Below are positions 30,741 to 40,648 of a stretch of DNA of 64,000 nt, piece after piece. Both the position numbers and the translations under genes were made by a program. Where the stretch lies: contig CAVRZA010000001.1 in assembly GCA_963725665.1 (NCBI GenBank), positions 96,001 through 160,000 of the forward strand. Reading direction: 5' to 3'. This DNA is from an uncultured Actinomycetes bacterium. Lineage in GTDB: Bacteria > Actinomycetota > Thermoleophilia > UBA2241. Position 1 is the first letter of the stretch; the number at the start of each line of letters is the position of its first letter. The notes beneath the pieces are model-generated. The model ran no database searches, had not been told where the DNA came from, and saw only the letters and a program-made list of their open reading frames with translations.

Positions 30741-32588
30741 TTAGGCCTCTTCCTCTGGGCGCCGACGCCGTCGCAGCATCACCACGGTCACGCCGGCAAT
30801 CACCGCCGCCACCGCAATGCCCCAGATCCACGTCAATGACTTGCCCCCCTCGGCAACGGCCTTCGGCGCCACATCCAAATAGGATTTCTGGGTGTCCTGT
30901 GTCATCACAACTGGACCCTTGCCGTTGAGGGTGCGCAGCCACCCGGTCCACTTCTCCGTGTTGTACGCCTGCAGCAGCGTCGGGTACGCGATCACGGACT
31001 CGGGGCAGTTCTCGTACATGACCTTCTGCGCCTCCATCACGAACTGGGCGCGCTTGTCTTTGTCGAGCTCCTGGGCTTGCAGCTCGTAGAGGCGGTCGAA
31101 CTTCGCGTTCGACCAGCAGGGCTCGTTCCAGTTCTCGATCTGGCTTGTCGTGAAGGCGTTCAGCGTCTGGCCGGGGTCGTCGTAGCCGTACCAGGTCCAG
31201 AAGTACATGTCGAAGTCGGGGGCGTATGTGTCGCCCTTGTAGTTCCAGATGCGATCGGTCAGGAAGCCCTCGTCCACGACCTCGTATCGGATGTCGAGGC
31301 CGATGTCGCGAAACCAGCCGGTGATGAGCTTGCCCGCGGCCTGCTCCTGGGTCGACGCGGTGAGGGCCCACATCCGAAGCCTGATCGGTTTCCCCTTGTA
31401 CTCGCGTAGGCCATCGCCGTTCGTGTCGGTGTAGCCGGCCTCATCGAGCAGGCTCTTGGCCTTCTCGGGGTCGAAGGTGCGCAGCACGCCGGCCGGCGGC
31501 TGCCAGTGGTAGTCGGGGTTGGTCCAGCAGTCCGGCGTCAAGACAGTAGTGCCCGGGATCGCCCTGCCGTTGTAGGCGATCGAGACCAGTTGGTCGCGGT
31601 CGATTGCGTAGTCTAGTGCGACGCGAAACTTGGGGTCGCGCAGTGCGGGGTGCCCAAGTGAGGCGGCGCGTGCGTAGCCGTTGTAGTCCAGGTAGTCCCA
31701 GTTGAAGAGGAGGTAGGAGATGGCGTTGATGCCGGGTGTGTTCTTGAGCCTCGCGAAGTCGCCCACCGTGATCTGGTGCGCCGCGTCGATCCGGCCGGCC
31801 TTGAGATCCATGACCATCGTGCTCGGGTTCCTGTAGTAGATGAGCATGAGTTCGTCCACGGCCGGTGCGCCCAGAAAGTAGTCCTTGTTGGCCTCCATGC
31901 GAACGTACTCGCCGCGCTTCCACTCCACGACCTGGAACGGGCCGCTCCCGATCACGGGCGGGTCGTTTCTGAACGTCGTCGCCGCTGCCTTGGGCGGGAT
32001 CTTGCTCCAGATGTGCTTCGGCAGGATGGGTATCCAGAGGCGGAGGATGTTCGCCTTGGGCTTGTCTGTGATCATCTTGACCGTGTAGTCGTCGACTTTG
32101 ACCGCTTTGACGATGCCTTTCGCCGGCCCCGAGTAGGCGGGCATCTCGTTGTCGATGATGTAGTTGTAGGTGAAGACCACGTCGTCGGCTGTTAGAGGCA
32201 CGCCGTCCTGCCACTTGATGTTCTTGTGAAGGTGAAAGGTCCAGGTCTTGCCGTCGGCCGAGGACTCCCAGCTCTCGGCGATGCCGTCGGGTCCGGGACC
32301 ACAGTCCTGCGGGCGGTGCTCCACCAGGAAGTCGTAGTTCTGCACGAACACCTCGTAGACCGGCAGCGCGTAGCCGATGAACGGATTGAGGTTGTCTACG
32401 TCTTCGAACGCATACCCGATGCGAAGGACGACCTTGTTGCCGCTCGCAGGCGAAGCGCTCGGGCTGGCTGCGAAGATGACGTGAGTCCCCGCAAGCACGA
32501 GCAGGGCCACGACGATGAAGGCCAAGCCGATCCAGGCTAGCCGTCGCTTCCCGGGCGACGGCTTGGTGCTGTCGAACGACGTTTCCAT
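30741..32588 (-). CDS. Family 5 ABC substrate-binding protein with a C-terminal TM anchor
   Basis: WTFHLHKNIKWQDGVPLTADDVVFT, GSGPF; C-terminal hydrophobic helix followed by RRRRR. Confidence 0.9.
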   Translation of the reverse strand: METSFDSTKPSPGKRRLAWIGLAFIVVALLVLAGTHVIFAASPSASPASGNKVVLRIGYAFEDVDNLNPFIGYALPVYEVFVQNYDFLVEHRPQDCGPGPDGIAESWESSADGKTWTFHLHKNIKWQDGVPLTADDVVFTYNYIIDNEMPAYSGPAKGIVKAVKVDDYTVKMITDKPKANILRLWIPILPKHIWSKIPPKAAATTFRNDPPVIGSGPFQVVEWKRGEYVRMEANKDYFLGAPAVDELMLIYYRNPSTMVMDLKAGRIDAAHQITVGDFARLKNTPGINAISYLLFNWDYLDYNGYARAASLGHPALRDPKFRVALDYAIDRDQLVSIAYNGRAIPGTTVLTPDCWTNPDYHWQPPAGVLRTFDPEKAKSLLDEAGYTDTNGDGLREYKGKPIRLRMWALTASTQEQAAGKLITGWFRDIGLDIRYEVVDEGFLTDRIWNYKGDTYAPDFDMYFWTWYGYDDPGQTLNAFTTSQIENWNEPCWSNAKFDRLYELQAQELDKDKRAQFVMEAQKVMYENCPESVIAYPTLLQAYNTEKWTGWLRTLNGKGPVVMTQDTQKSYLDVAPKAVAEGGKSLTWIWGIAVAAVIAGVTVVMLRRRRRPEEEA

Positions 32589-32599
32589 GAGCGAACCCC

Positions 32600-34369
32600 C
32601 TAACAGATGACAGGCAGAGTGATGCACGACGCCCTTGTTGCGTCGTGGCAGACGGTCTGTCGCGCCGGCCGGAGCTGGGCGTCCATTCCGAAGTCGTGCC
32701 CGGTGTTGGGGTTGCGATCGTAGCGGTCGAAGTTGCTGCTCGAGATCTCCAACCGCAGGCGGTGTCCGGCCTTGAAGAGATAGCCCGTCGCCGTGAGGTC
32801 TACCGCGAACTCGTAGATGCGGCCGGGATCGATCAGCGTCGGTGAGGTGTCCGATTCGCGGAAACGCGCCCGTCTGATGCCCTCCTGGACGAGCTGCGAG
32901 TAGCCATCGGGCCAGACGTCGACCAGGGCGGCGGTGAAGTCCGTGTCGGGGGCGCTCGAGGACGCCCACAGGGTCACCGACAGCGGCCCCACCACCTCGA
33001 GATCTGAGGAGAGGGGTGGTGAGGTGTAGACGAGGACATCTGGTCGATCTTCGACGGGGCGGCGGTCTTGCATGTGGCGCGCGACCTCCCACGGATTCTT
33101 GCCGGCCCAGTAGTCGACTGGCCTGGCGGGGTCGTAGACGAAACCATCCGCCGGCTCGTCGCCGGGCGGTTCCGGCGAGAGCTCTCCGTCACCACGAAGG
33201 CTCATCGCGTTGCCGGCGCTGTGGAGGTAGTACTGGACGAACACGGTGCCCGGCAGGGGGAATACGTCGCCTTCGCGCCACCGGTTGGCTCCCACGACGA
33301 AGAGGCGCACGCGCTTCGTGTCGGCGAAGCCGGTCTCCGCCCCGCGCAGCCAGTGGTCGAAGAACTCCTGTACGCGGTCGTAGGTGAATCCATGCCCCTC
33401 TACCTTGATCCTGCCAATGCGGCCGGTACGGTCTGGTGTCGTCTCGTGGTCGTTGGGGCTGATGACGAGCCACTGGTTGGCGCGGGCCTCTTCGTTTCGG
33501 CAGCGTTGCTGAACGTCCCGCCATCCCCAGAGCACGCCGCGCAGCAGGACGTCGTACCAGCCACTCCAGTGCAGAACGGGGATATCGAGCGTCTCGCTCG
33601 CGTCCGTCAAGTCGAGGGCATCCCAGAATCCTCCTCTGGTGGGGTTGCGAATCGCGTCGGCGAACAGCTTGCCCGGCAACCCGGCAGCTTCGGCCAGCGA
33701 GACCAGCGGGAGATGCGATGTGTCAATGCGGTACTTGTTCGAGGTGCGGCGACCGGCTTCTTCGGCGAACCACACTCCCTCGGATGAGAGACAGAAGGCA
33801 CCGCCCTCGTAGACGTTGTCGTACTCGTCCAAGGCTATGTCGCCGGGAGCGATGCACGTCAGCCCAGGGTGGTGAGATCTCGCTGCAGCCCACGAAGTAT
33901 GGCCGTAGTATGACTCCCCTGTCACGCCGATCTTGCCGTCACACCAAGGCTGGTGCGTGATCCACTCAATGGTGTCGTAGCCATCGTCCGTCTCGCGGCG
34001 GAAGGCCTCGAACTCGCCTTCCGAAAGGAACTTGCCACGTACATCTTGGACAATGCACACGTAGCCCTTGCGTGCCCAGAACCTGCCGTGCGCGGGCATT
34101 CTGCAGTACGGCTCACCCTTTCCGTACGGCAGACGGACGACCACGACCGGTAGGGCCGCGGGACGGTTTTCCGCCTCGGGCTGATAGATGTCGGCGAACA
34201 GCCTCACGCCGTCCCGCATCGGAACCGCGACGTTCTTGGAGACGCTCACGCGAGAGTAGACATCCGGGGTCTCGGTCGGCAACTCGTCGAACGGCAAGGC
34301 GATGTGCTTCCTGAGGCCGGTGCGCCCCCGCGCCATCAGCCACTTGAGGTCAGCTCTCACGTGGCTCAT
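32600..34369 (-). CDS. CocE/NonD-family hydrolase
   Basis: VPMRDGVRL, QDVRG, GESYYG nucleophile, GWYD, GHRLRLEISSSNF. Confidence 0.93.
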   Translation of the reverse strand: MSHVRADLKWLMARGRTGLRKHIALPFDELPTETPDVYSRVSVSKNVAVPMRDGVRLFADIYQPEAENRPAALPVVVVRLPYGKGEPYCRMPAHGRFWARKGYVCIVQDVRGKFLSEGEFEAFRRETDDGYDTIEWITHQPWCDGKIGVTGESYYGHTSWAAARSHHPGLTCIAPGDIALDEYDNVYEGGAFCLSSEGVWFAEEAGRRTSNKYRIDTSHLPLVSLAEAAGLPGKLFADAIRNPTRGGFWDALDLTDASETLDIPVLHWSGWYDVLLRGVLWGWRDVQQRCRNEEARANQWLVISPNDHETTPDRTGRIGRIKVEGHGFTYDRVQEFFDHWLRGAETGFADTKRVRLFVVGANRWREGDVFPLPGTVFVQYYLHSAGNAMSLRGDGELSPEPPGDEPADGFVYDPARPVDYWAGKNPWEVARHMQDRRPVEDRPDVLVYTSPPLSSDLEVVGPLSVTLWASSSAPDTDFTAALVDVWPDGYSQLVQEGIRRARFRESDTSPTLIDPGRIYEFAVDLTATGYLFKAGHRLRLEISSSNFDRYDRNPNTGHDFGMDAQLRPARQTVCHDATRASCITLPVIC

Positions 34370-34455
34370 GCGCCCTCCCTCCGGCTCCTCTTCGCTTCTC
34401 TGGTTCCATGCCAGCCCCCGCCCCCAGCAAGGCTGGCCGTGGAGAAACTCGCTCC

Positions 34456-35358
34456 CTAGGACGACCTGACAGTGTCCTCAAACCAATCGAGCACGCGAAG
34501 GAACTGCGCGCACGAGCAATCATCCGCGAGCACGTTCAGTGGCACGGACGGGCGTAGATCGATAACGGAGTCGGGGAGGGCAAAGTGCCTCACCCCGTTC
34601 AGACGCTCGAGCGCTTCGAGCCTACGGGACCTCTCGTAGAAGAGCGGCGAGTTGCTCAGCTGACGGAAGAGAAGGACCACGGTTCCATCGGTTCGGACGC
34701 TGGCCAGCTGGTGGGAGAAGCCGCCATTGGGGATCGTTGGAGAGAACGAGCCACACTGCCGCCCCGTACCCCAGCTCACGGTGGCACCGCGAGCCAGAGC
34801 CCAGTCAAGAATCGCCTTGGCTGGCGCTAGTGATGTTGGGTTCCACGTGCACAACTCGCGTAGGAATGATTCCTGATCCCAGTGTCGCCTCTCACCGCCG
34901 GGCGGCACCCGACCGACCAGCGACCACAAGGCGATCTGGAACGTCTCGAGCTGTCGTCGAAACCAGCTGAAGTGCTCGGACCAGGCCGCCAAATCAAGGA
35001 GATCCCCCCGCCTCCGAATCTCGATCACATGGGAGTTCGTCCCGCCCGGTCGCCAGGTGGGCGCCTGCTCGAAGCCAGCCTCCACCTCTTCCCGATGCGC
35101 CAGAAGAAAGGAGAACACAGTGTCGGCATCAGCGTCGTTGAGCGTGTACTTGACGCCGATCTCGCCGAGACGAACGCGGATCATCGACAGCAGGTTGCCG
35201 GTCGTGAGATCGGCGTTGTGCCACATCCAGCCGTCCATGGTGGCGCGGGCGCAGTGAACGCTGCTGGAGTCCTCCATGTAGCGCTTGAAGCTGCTCCAGA
35301 AGTCATGGCGCAGCTGCGGAACGCTGACACCGCCGACCCGCAGCGCCTGCACTGGCAT
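34456..35358 (-). CDS. DUF4268-like two-domain protein lacking a nuclease domain
   Basis: LRHDFWSSF N-terminal domain and WDQESFL...WGTG C-terminal domain; AAGGAAG RBS before ATG 35358. Confidence 0.65.
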   Translation of the reverse strand: MPVQALRVGGVSVPQLRHDFWSSFKRYMEDSSSVHCARATMDGWMWHNADLTTGNLLSMIRVRLGEIGVKYTLNDADADTVFSFLLAHREEVEAGFEQAPTWRPGGTNSHVIEIRRRGDLLDLAAWSEHFSWFRRQLETFQIALWSLVGRVPPGGERRHWDQESFLRELCTWNPTSLAPAKAILDWALARGATVSWGTGRQCGSFSPTIPNGGFSHQLASVRTDGTVVLLFRQLSNSPLFYERSRRLEALERLNGVRHFALPDSVIDLRPSVPLNVLADDCSCAQFLRVLDWFEDTVRSS

Positions 35359-35461
35359 GCTTCCTTGCACTGATGTCCCCCTCGGACGTCGACCGACGCA
35401 CGACGTCCAGCGCCGGAGGTAGGGCCACGTGGCGCTCGGCCCCCGTTCGACCCTCGACACT

Positions 35462-35575
35462 CCGATAATGCACAAATTCGCTCGGAACGCAACGGCGGCT
35501 GCCGCGTGAGGCTTGAGCGCACTCCCAAGCTTCTTCCAGAGGTGTTGCGTTCCGAGCGGTCTCGTGCATAGTCGG
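35462..35575. promoter_or_regulatory. Long inverted repeat forming back-to-back promoter-like sequences
   Basis: Perfect 15-bp IR at 35479-35493 and 35544-35558, extending imperfectly to 32 bp; each arm reads TTGCGT-N16-CAT(A/T)(G/A)T outward. Confidence 0.7.
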
Positions 35576-35615
35576 GCGCGAGGCGTACCTGCGGCAGAAC
35601 GAAGGGGGTAGTCGG

Positions 35616-37037
35616 GTGACCGGAATGTTCTTCAGCGTCTGGGATCAAAGGGCCTGCCAGCGGGTTCACGACGCCACTCTCGAGGTCCTCGCCGAGACTG
35701 GCGTCGACGTGCTGCACGAAGAGGCCCGCAAGTTGCTGGCTTCGGCGGGGGCAAGGGTCGAGGGCACCCGCGTGTTCATCGACGCCGGGCTAGTGGACGA
35801 GGCACTTGCCAGTGCCCCTCGCGCCTTCACGTTGAGCTCGCGCGGAGGGAACGCACCGCTCGCGGTCCGCGATGGAGAGTGCTACTTCGGGACCGGGTCG
35901 GACTGCCTGTTCCACCGCGATCTGGCCACCGGCGAGCGTCGCCGTGTGCTCAATGCCGACATCGAGGGCATGGCGGCACTCTGCGAGAAGCTGCCGAACA
36001 TCGACTTCGTCATGTCCATGGGCCTACCCGACGATGTACCCCTGGCCCTTGATGATGTCGTTCCCTTTGCCGCCATGCTCGCCGGGACCACGAAGCCGTT
36101 CATCATCACCCCACGGGACGGCGCGGTGTTGCCCACAATGCTCGAAATGGCAGCGCTCTGTGGCGAGGCAAACAGCTTTGTTGTCTACAGCATGCCGGCG
36201 CCGCCGCTGCGGCACGACTACGTGGCGGTCGACAAGCTTGTCGCCAGTGCGCGTCTTGGCATCCCGGCCTTGTATGGTCCGGCTCCGCATGCCGGAGCAA
36301 GCGCGCCGAGCTCGGTGGCCGCCGTTACCGTCGTCGGCAACGCTGAGGTCCTAAGCGGACTGGTCATCAATCAGCTTGCGAACCCTGGGGCGCCGTTCAT
36401 CTACGGGGCATATGTCTATGCCCTGAGCATGCGCACCAGCTCCGAGGTCTACTGCTCGCCGGAGGCCTATGCGGGCCAGTTCGCGCAGTGCGATCTCGCC
36501 AGGTTCTACGGGCTGCCGAGCTTCGGCTACGGAGGAGTCACCGACTCCAAGACGCTCGATGAGCAGTGGAGCGCCGAGTCCGCCATCACGGTCATTCTCG
36601 GCGCTCTTTCGCGGGCGACTCTGATCCATGACGTCGGCTACATGGAAGCTGGGATGCAGAGCTCCTATGAGTCGATCGTCCTCGGCGAGGAGTTGATCGC
36701 CTATGCGCGTGCACTGCTGCGCGAGGTTCGTGTCGACGATGAGGCCTTGGCGCTCGACGAGATCAAGGCAGTCGGGCCGGGCGGCAACCATCTGGCACGG
36801 CCCTACACTCGCAAACACCACCGGGAGTTCTTCGACCCCCAGCTGCTCGACAAGCGCGTCTACGATAGGTGGTTGAATTCGGGCGGTCATACGCTGGGCA
36901 ACCGTGTACACGAGAGAACCCTGGCGCTGACTCAGGAACCGCGAGCCTTCGAGTTGGAGCCAAGCGTACGTCGGCAGCTCGACGAGATGGCGGCGAGGAT
37001 ACGGCCTGAGGAGCGCACGGTTGTATCTGCCGGCTGA
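35616..37037 (+). CDS. MttB-superfamily methyltransferase, non-pyrrolysine (divergent paralog)
   Basis: RVHDATLEVLAETG, NAEVLSGLVINQL..PGAPF, FYGLPS...TDSK, HDVGYME; Val at the Pyl-equivalent position. Confidence 0.92.
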   Translation: MTGMFFSVWDQRACQRVHDATLEVLAETGVDVLHEEARKLLASAGARVEGTRVFIDAGLVDEALASAPRAFTLSSRGGNAPLAVRDGECYFGTGSDCLFHRDLATGERRRVLNADIEGMAALCEKLPNIDFVMSMGLPDDVPLALDDVVPFAAMLAGTTKPFIITPRDGAVLPTMLEMAALCGEANSFVVYSMPAPPLRHDYVAVDKLVASARLGIPALYGPAPHAGASAPSSVAAVTVVGNAEVLSGLVINQLANPGAPFIYGAYVYALSMRTSSEVYCSPEAYAGQFAQCDLARFYGLPSFGYGGVTDSKTLDEQWSAESAITVILGALSRATLIHDVGYMEAGMQSSYESIVLGEELIAYARALLREVRVDDEALALDEIKAVGPGGNHLARPYTRKHHREFFDPQLLDKRVYDRWLNSGGHTLGNRVHERTLALTQEPRAFELEPSVRRQLDEMAARIRPEERTVVSAG

Positions 37038-37087
37038 CGTCGTCGTGCGTGTCTGTGCACCCTGTAGCCAATAGTCGGGAGGTTGAC

Positions 37088-37738
37088 GTGAGCGACGAGT
37101 TGTTCGCGAAGATGAAGCAGACCGTGATCGACGGCGAGGTCGAGGAAGCGGCCGCCCTGGCGCAGCAAGGCCTCGACGCCGGCCTCTCGCCCACCGACAT
37201 CCTCGACTCCGGTTTCGTCAAGGGCATCGAGGAGGTCGGTGACCTCTTCGGCAAGGGCGAGTTCTTCCTCCCCGAGCTGGTGCAGGGTGCCGAGGCCATG
37301 AAGGCCGCCGTGGGTGTCCTGCAACCCGAGTTCGACAGAAGCAAGGTGGGCCGCAAGGTCACCGGCGTGGCCGTCGCCGGCACGGTGGCCGGCGACATCC
37401 ACGAGATCGGCAAGACGATCGTCTGCTCGATGCTCTCGGCGGCCGGCTTCGAGGTCTACGACGCCGGCTGCGACGTGCCCGTGGAGACCTTCATCACGCA
37501 GGTGCGCGAGAAGCAGCCCGACCTGCTGCTGCTCTCCGCTCTTCTAACGACCACCATGCCCAACCAGCAGAAGACCATCCAGGCCTTAAAGGACGCCGGT
37601 CTGCGCGCGGGCGTCAAGGTGATGATCGGCGGCGCCCCCACGACGCGCGCCTGGGCCGACGAGATCGGCGCCGACGGCTACGCCGAGGACGCCATCGAGG
37701 CCGTGGTTGCCGCCAAGAAGCTGGTCGGCGCCGCCTAG
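37088..37738 (+). CDS. Cognate corrinoid (B12-binding) protein, MttC/MtbC-like
   Basis: FFLPELV, GTVAGDIHEIGK (DxHxxG), SALLTTTM, MIGGAP. Confidence 0.95.
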   Translation: MSDELFAKMKQTVIDGEVEEAAALAQQGLDAGLSPTDILDSGFVKGIEEVGDLFGKGEFFLPELVQGAEAMKAAVGVLQPEFDRSKVGRKVTGVAVAGTVAGDIHEIGKTIVCSMLSAAGFEVYDAGCDVPVETFITQVREKQPDLLLLSALLTTTMPNQQKTIQALKDAGLRAGVKVMIGGAPTTRAWADEIGADGYAEDAIEAVVAAKKLVGAA

Positions 37739-37996
37739 CCTACCCGACTGATCTCGAAAGGGAGAGTGGCTAGAGCAGACGAACCACCAGCGGTCTGCCC
37801 CGCACCATCCGGGCCTCTGGCTCACGCATTCGGCGCGATTGCTGCCACAGGAGAGTCGCATGTTAGGCTTTGCCAAACAGGGCGAGCGGTTGCCGGGGGA
37901 TGGCCAGCCGAGCCAGCTTGGACGGGGGAGGCCTATGGGCTAGAGCCGCTCTCCGCAGGTGAGCCGAAGAAGCAGCGGACACTCTAGGGGGAAACC

Positions 37997-39604
37997 ATGG
38001 AAGACCATGAGTACGGTGTTCCCGGGGATGCAGAAGGCTTCGAAGGGAAGTACACGCGGGCGCAGGTGCTGAAGGGAGCTGCCGGCCTGGGAGCGGCGGT
38101 GACTCTCGGCTCGCTCCTTGCCGCCTGTGGCTCATCGTCAAGCAGCACGACATCGGCTTCGCCGAGCGCGGGCGCCAAGAAGGGCGGCGACCTGCTTGTG
38201 GGAGTTTCCGCCGGTTCAGCCAAGGACACCCTCGATGCTCAGATGTCCATCAACGAGCCGGACATCGCGCGGCAGTTCGAGCTCTACGATACTCTCATCG
38301 GGCGTGATCGGAACTTCCAGATGGTCAATCTCCTGGCCGAGGAGGTCACTCCGTCGCCCGACGCGCTGTCGTGGACGGTGAGGCTGAAAGACGGACTCGA
38401 GTTCCACAATGGAAAGACCGTCACGGCCGACGATGTGGTCTTCAGCTTCAGACGCATCCTGGACCCCAAGGACCTCAAGGCCGGCGCTGAGTTTCTGCAG
38501 GGATTGAAGCCGTCCGGGATCAAGAAGCTTGATGACCGCACCGTACAGTTCAACCTCGAAAAGCCAAATGCCGTCTTCGACAGTGGCCTGTCGTACTACC
38601 AGAACTCGATCATCCCTATTGGCTACGATCCCAAGAAGCCTATCGGGACGGGGGCGTTCAAGTTCACGAGCTGGCGTCCTGGCATCGACAGCGACTTCGC
38701 TCGCTTCGACAACTACTGGGGCGAGGTGGCCAACGTCGACTCTGTGAAGACCATCGAGTTCAGCGAAGAAACCGCTCGAGTGAACGCGCTGCTAAGCGGC
38801 GATGTACACATGATTTCGAATCTGCCAGGGTCGCAGATCAAGGTGGTTCAGGCGGATTCCGGCCTCCGCGTTCTCAACGCGCGTGGCGGCGGTTGGATTC
38901 CTTTCACCATGCGGGTCGACATACCGCCGTTCAACGACGTACGCGTCCGCCAGGCCATGAGGCTCATCGTCGATCGGCCTCAGATGCTCCAGCTTGCCTT
39001 GAGCAACCAGGGCTGGCTCGGCAACGACATGTACGCGCCCTTCGACCCCGTGTATGCATCCGACCTGCCTCAAAGAGTCCAGGACCTCGAGCAGGCTAAG
39101 TCCCTCCTCCAGCAGGCCGGTCAGAGCGACCTCAGGGTGGAGCTGCCGACGACGACGGACTACATTGGCTTCCCGGAGTCGGCTCAGGTGATCAGCGAGC
39201 AGGCGAAGGCGGCCGGCGTGACGATCAGCGTGAAGAAGCTGGATTCGGGCACCTACTGGGATGGCTACCTCAAGTTCCCCTTCGCCCAGGACTGGTGGTA
39301 CACACGCGACTATCTGCTGCAGACTGCAGCGGGCACCTTGCCGAACGCCCCCTACAACGAGACTCACTGGAATGACAAGGAGTGGCTGAGCCTCGTCAGA
39401 GAGGCCTTTCGGACGGTCGACGTCGACAAGCGCAAGGAGCTGTGCCACGCGGCGCAGGTCATCGAGTATGAGCGCGGTGGCTACATCGTCTGGAGCTTCA
39501 ACAACCAGGTCGACGCGTACAACACGAAGGTGCAAGGCGTCTATCAGGACAAGTCCGGCATCCCTCTGATGAGCTGGCATTTCAACACCGTGTGGCTGGC
39601 GTGA
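37997..39604 (+). CDS. Family 5 ABC substrate-binding lipoprotein
   Basis: Tat-like TRAQVLK, LAAC lipobox, FHNGKTVTADDVVFS, PFNDVRVRQA. Confidence 0.92.
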   Translation: MEDHEYGVPGDAEGFEGKYTRAQVLKGAAGLGAAVTLGSLLAACGSSSSSTTSASPSAGAKKGGDLLVGVSAGSAKDTLDAQMSINEPDIARQFELYDTLIGRDRNFQMVNLLAEEVTPSPDALSWTVRLKDGLEFHNGKTVTADDVVFSFRRILDPKDLKAGAEFLQGLKPSGIKKLDDRTVQFNLEKPNAVFDSGLSYYQNSIIPIGYDPKKPIGTGAFKFTSWRPGIDSDFARFDNYWGEVANVDSVKTIEFSEETARVNALLSGDVHMISNLPGSQIKVVQADSGLRVLNARGGGWIPFTMRVDIPPFNDVRVRQAMRLIVDRPQMLQLALSNQGWLGNDMYAPFDPVYASDLPQRVQDLEQAKSLLQQAGQSDLRVELPTTTDYIGFPESAQVISEQAKAAGVTISVKKLDSGTYWDGYLKFPFAQDWWYTRDYLLQTAAGTLPNAPYNETHWNDKEWLSLVREAFRTVDVDKRKELCHAAQVIEYERGGYIVWSFNNQVDAYNTKVQGVYQDKSGIPLMSWHFNTVWLA

Positions 39605-39688
39605 CGAGGCTTGGTCAAAGCGCATCGTGAGTCTCTCAACGGCCGGGCGGTCAGACCGGCGCGCGACCAGGATTCAGCGGAGGACTAG

Positions 39689-40648
39689 GTGGGATTTGCC
39701 AAGCTAGTCCTCCGCCGCGTGGCGCTGGGAGTGCTCACTCTCTTTCTGGTCTCTGTACTCGTGTTCGCCGCGACACAAGCTCTGCCCGGTGACGCCGCCA
39801 AGGCCATCTTGGGCAAGTCGGGGACGCCGGACCGAGTCGCCGCACTTCGGGAGAGACTGGGACTCGACCGGCCCAAGACGACTCAGTACTTTGTGTGGCT
39901 GAAAGGCACTGTGAGAGGCGACTTCGGCACGTCCCTTGCGCAAGGCACCAGCGTCGCCAGTCTGCTCAGTTTCCGTCTCAAGAACTCCGCCGTGCTCGTT
40001 CTCCTAGCAGGTCTGATCAGCGTGCCGATCTCGATACTGGTCGGTGCTTGGACGGCGTACCGGCGAGACGGCCCCTTTGACACCACTCACTCGATTGTCA
40101 GCCTCATCCTGGCCTCGCTGCCAGAGTTCGTCATCGGCATCCTGCTGATCATGCTGCTCTCGACGCAGGTCTTTCACATCTACCCAGCGATATCGAGGAT
40201 TCCGTCGGGTTCATCCGTCTGGAGCGAGCCGGACCGACTTGTGCTGCCGATACTGGCCCTTGTCCTCTCGGTGCAGCCCTACATCAGCCGCATCCTGCGG
40301 GCTTCTATGATTGACGTGCTGGAGAGCGACTACGTGCAGATGGCGCGGCTGAAGGGCCTCAGGGAATGGACGGTAGTAGCGCGATACGCTCTGCCCAACG
40401 GCCTTGCGCCCACCATCCAGGCCACGGCTCTCTCTCTTGCCTGGCTGGCCGGTGGCATTGTCGTCATCGAGTATCTGTTCGCCTTTCCAGGGATAGGCTC
40501 GCTCTACGTCGACGCTGTGGGCAGTCGGGACCTGCCTGTCATCCAAGCCATCACGCTGCTCATTGCAGCCATCTACATCGTTCTCAACCTCACCGCGGAC
40601 ATCATCACGATCTTGATCACCCCCCGCCTCAGGACGGGTCTCCAGTGA
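39689..40648 (+). CDS. Peptide/nickel ABC permease (DppB-like)
   Basis: LPGD, GDFGTS, YVQMARLKGL, RDLPVIQ. Confidence 0.93.
   Translation: MGFAKLVLRRVALGVLTLFLVSVLVFAATQALPGDAAKAILGKSGTPDRVAALRERLGLDRPKTTQYFVWLKGTVRGDFGTSLAQGTSVASLLSFRLKNSAVLVLLAGLISVPISILVGAWTAYRRDGPFDTTHSIVSLILASLPEFVIGILLIMLLSTQVFHIYPAISRIPSGSSVWSEPDRLVLPILALVLSVQPYISRILRASMIDVLESDYVQMARLKGLREWTVVARYALPNGLAPTIQATALSLAWLAGGIVVIEYLFAFPGIGSLYVDAVGSRDLPVIQAITLLIAAIYIVLNLTADIITILITPRLRTGLQ

Noticed and set aside
35353-35368. Sigma54 promoter TGGCAT...TTGC
   Set aside because: GG-to-GC spacing is 11 rather than 10, and it overlaps a start codon on the other strand.
37739-37996. Cobalamin riboswitch after the corrinoid gene
   Set aside because: No recognisable B12 box or GGGAA/GCCACTG core.
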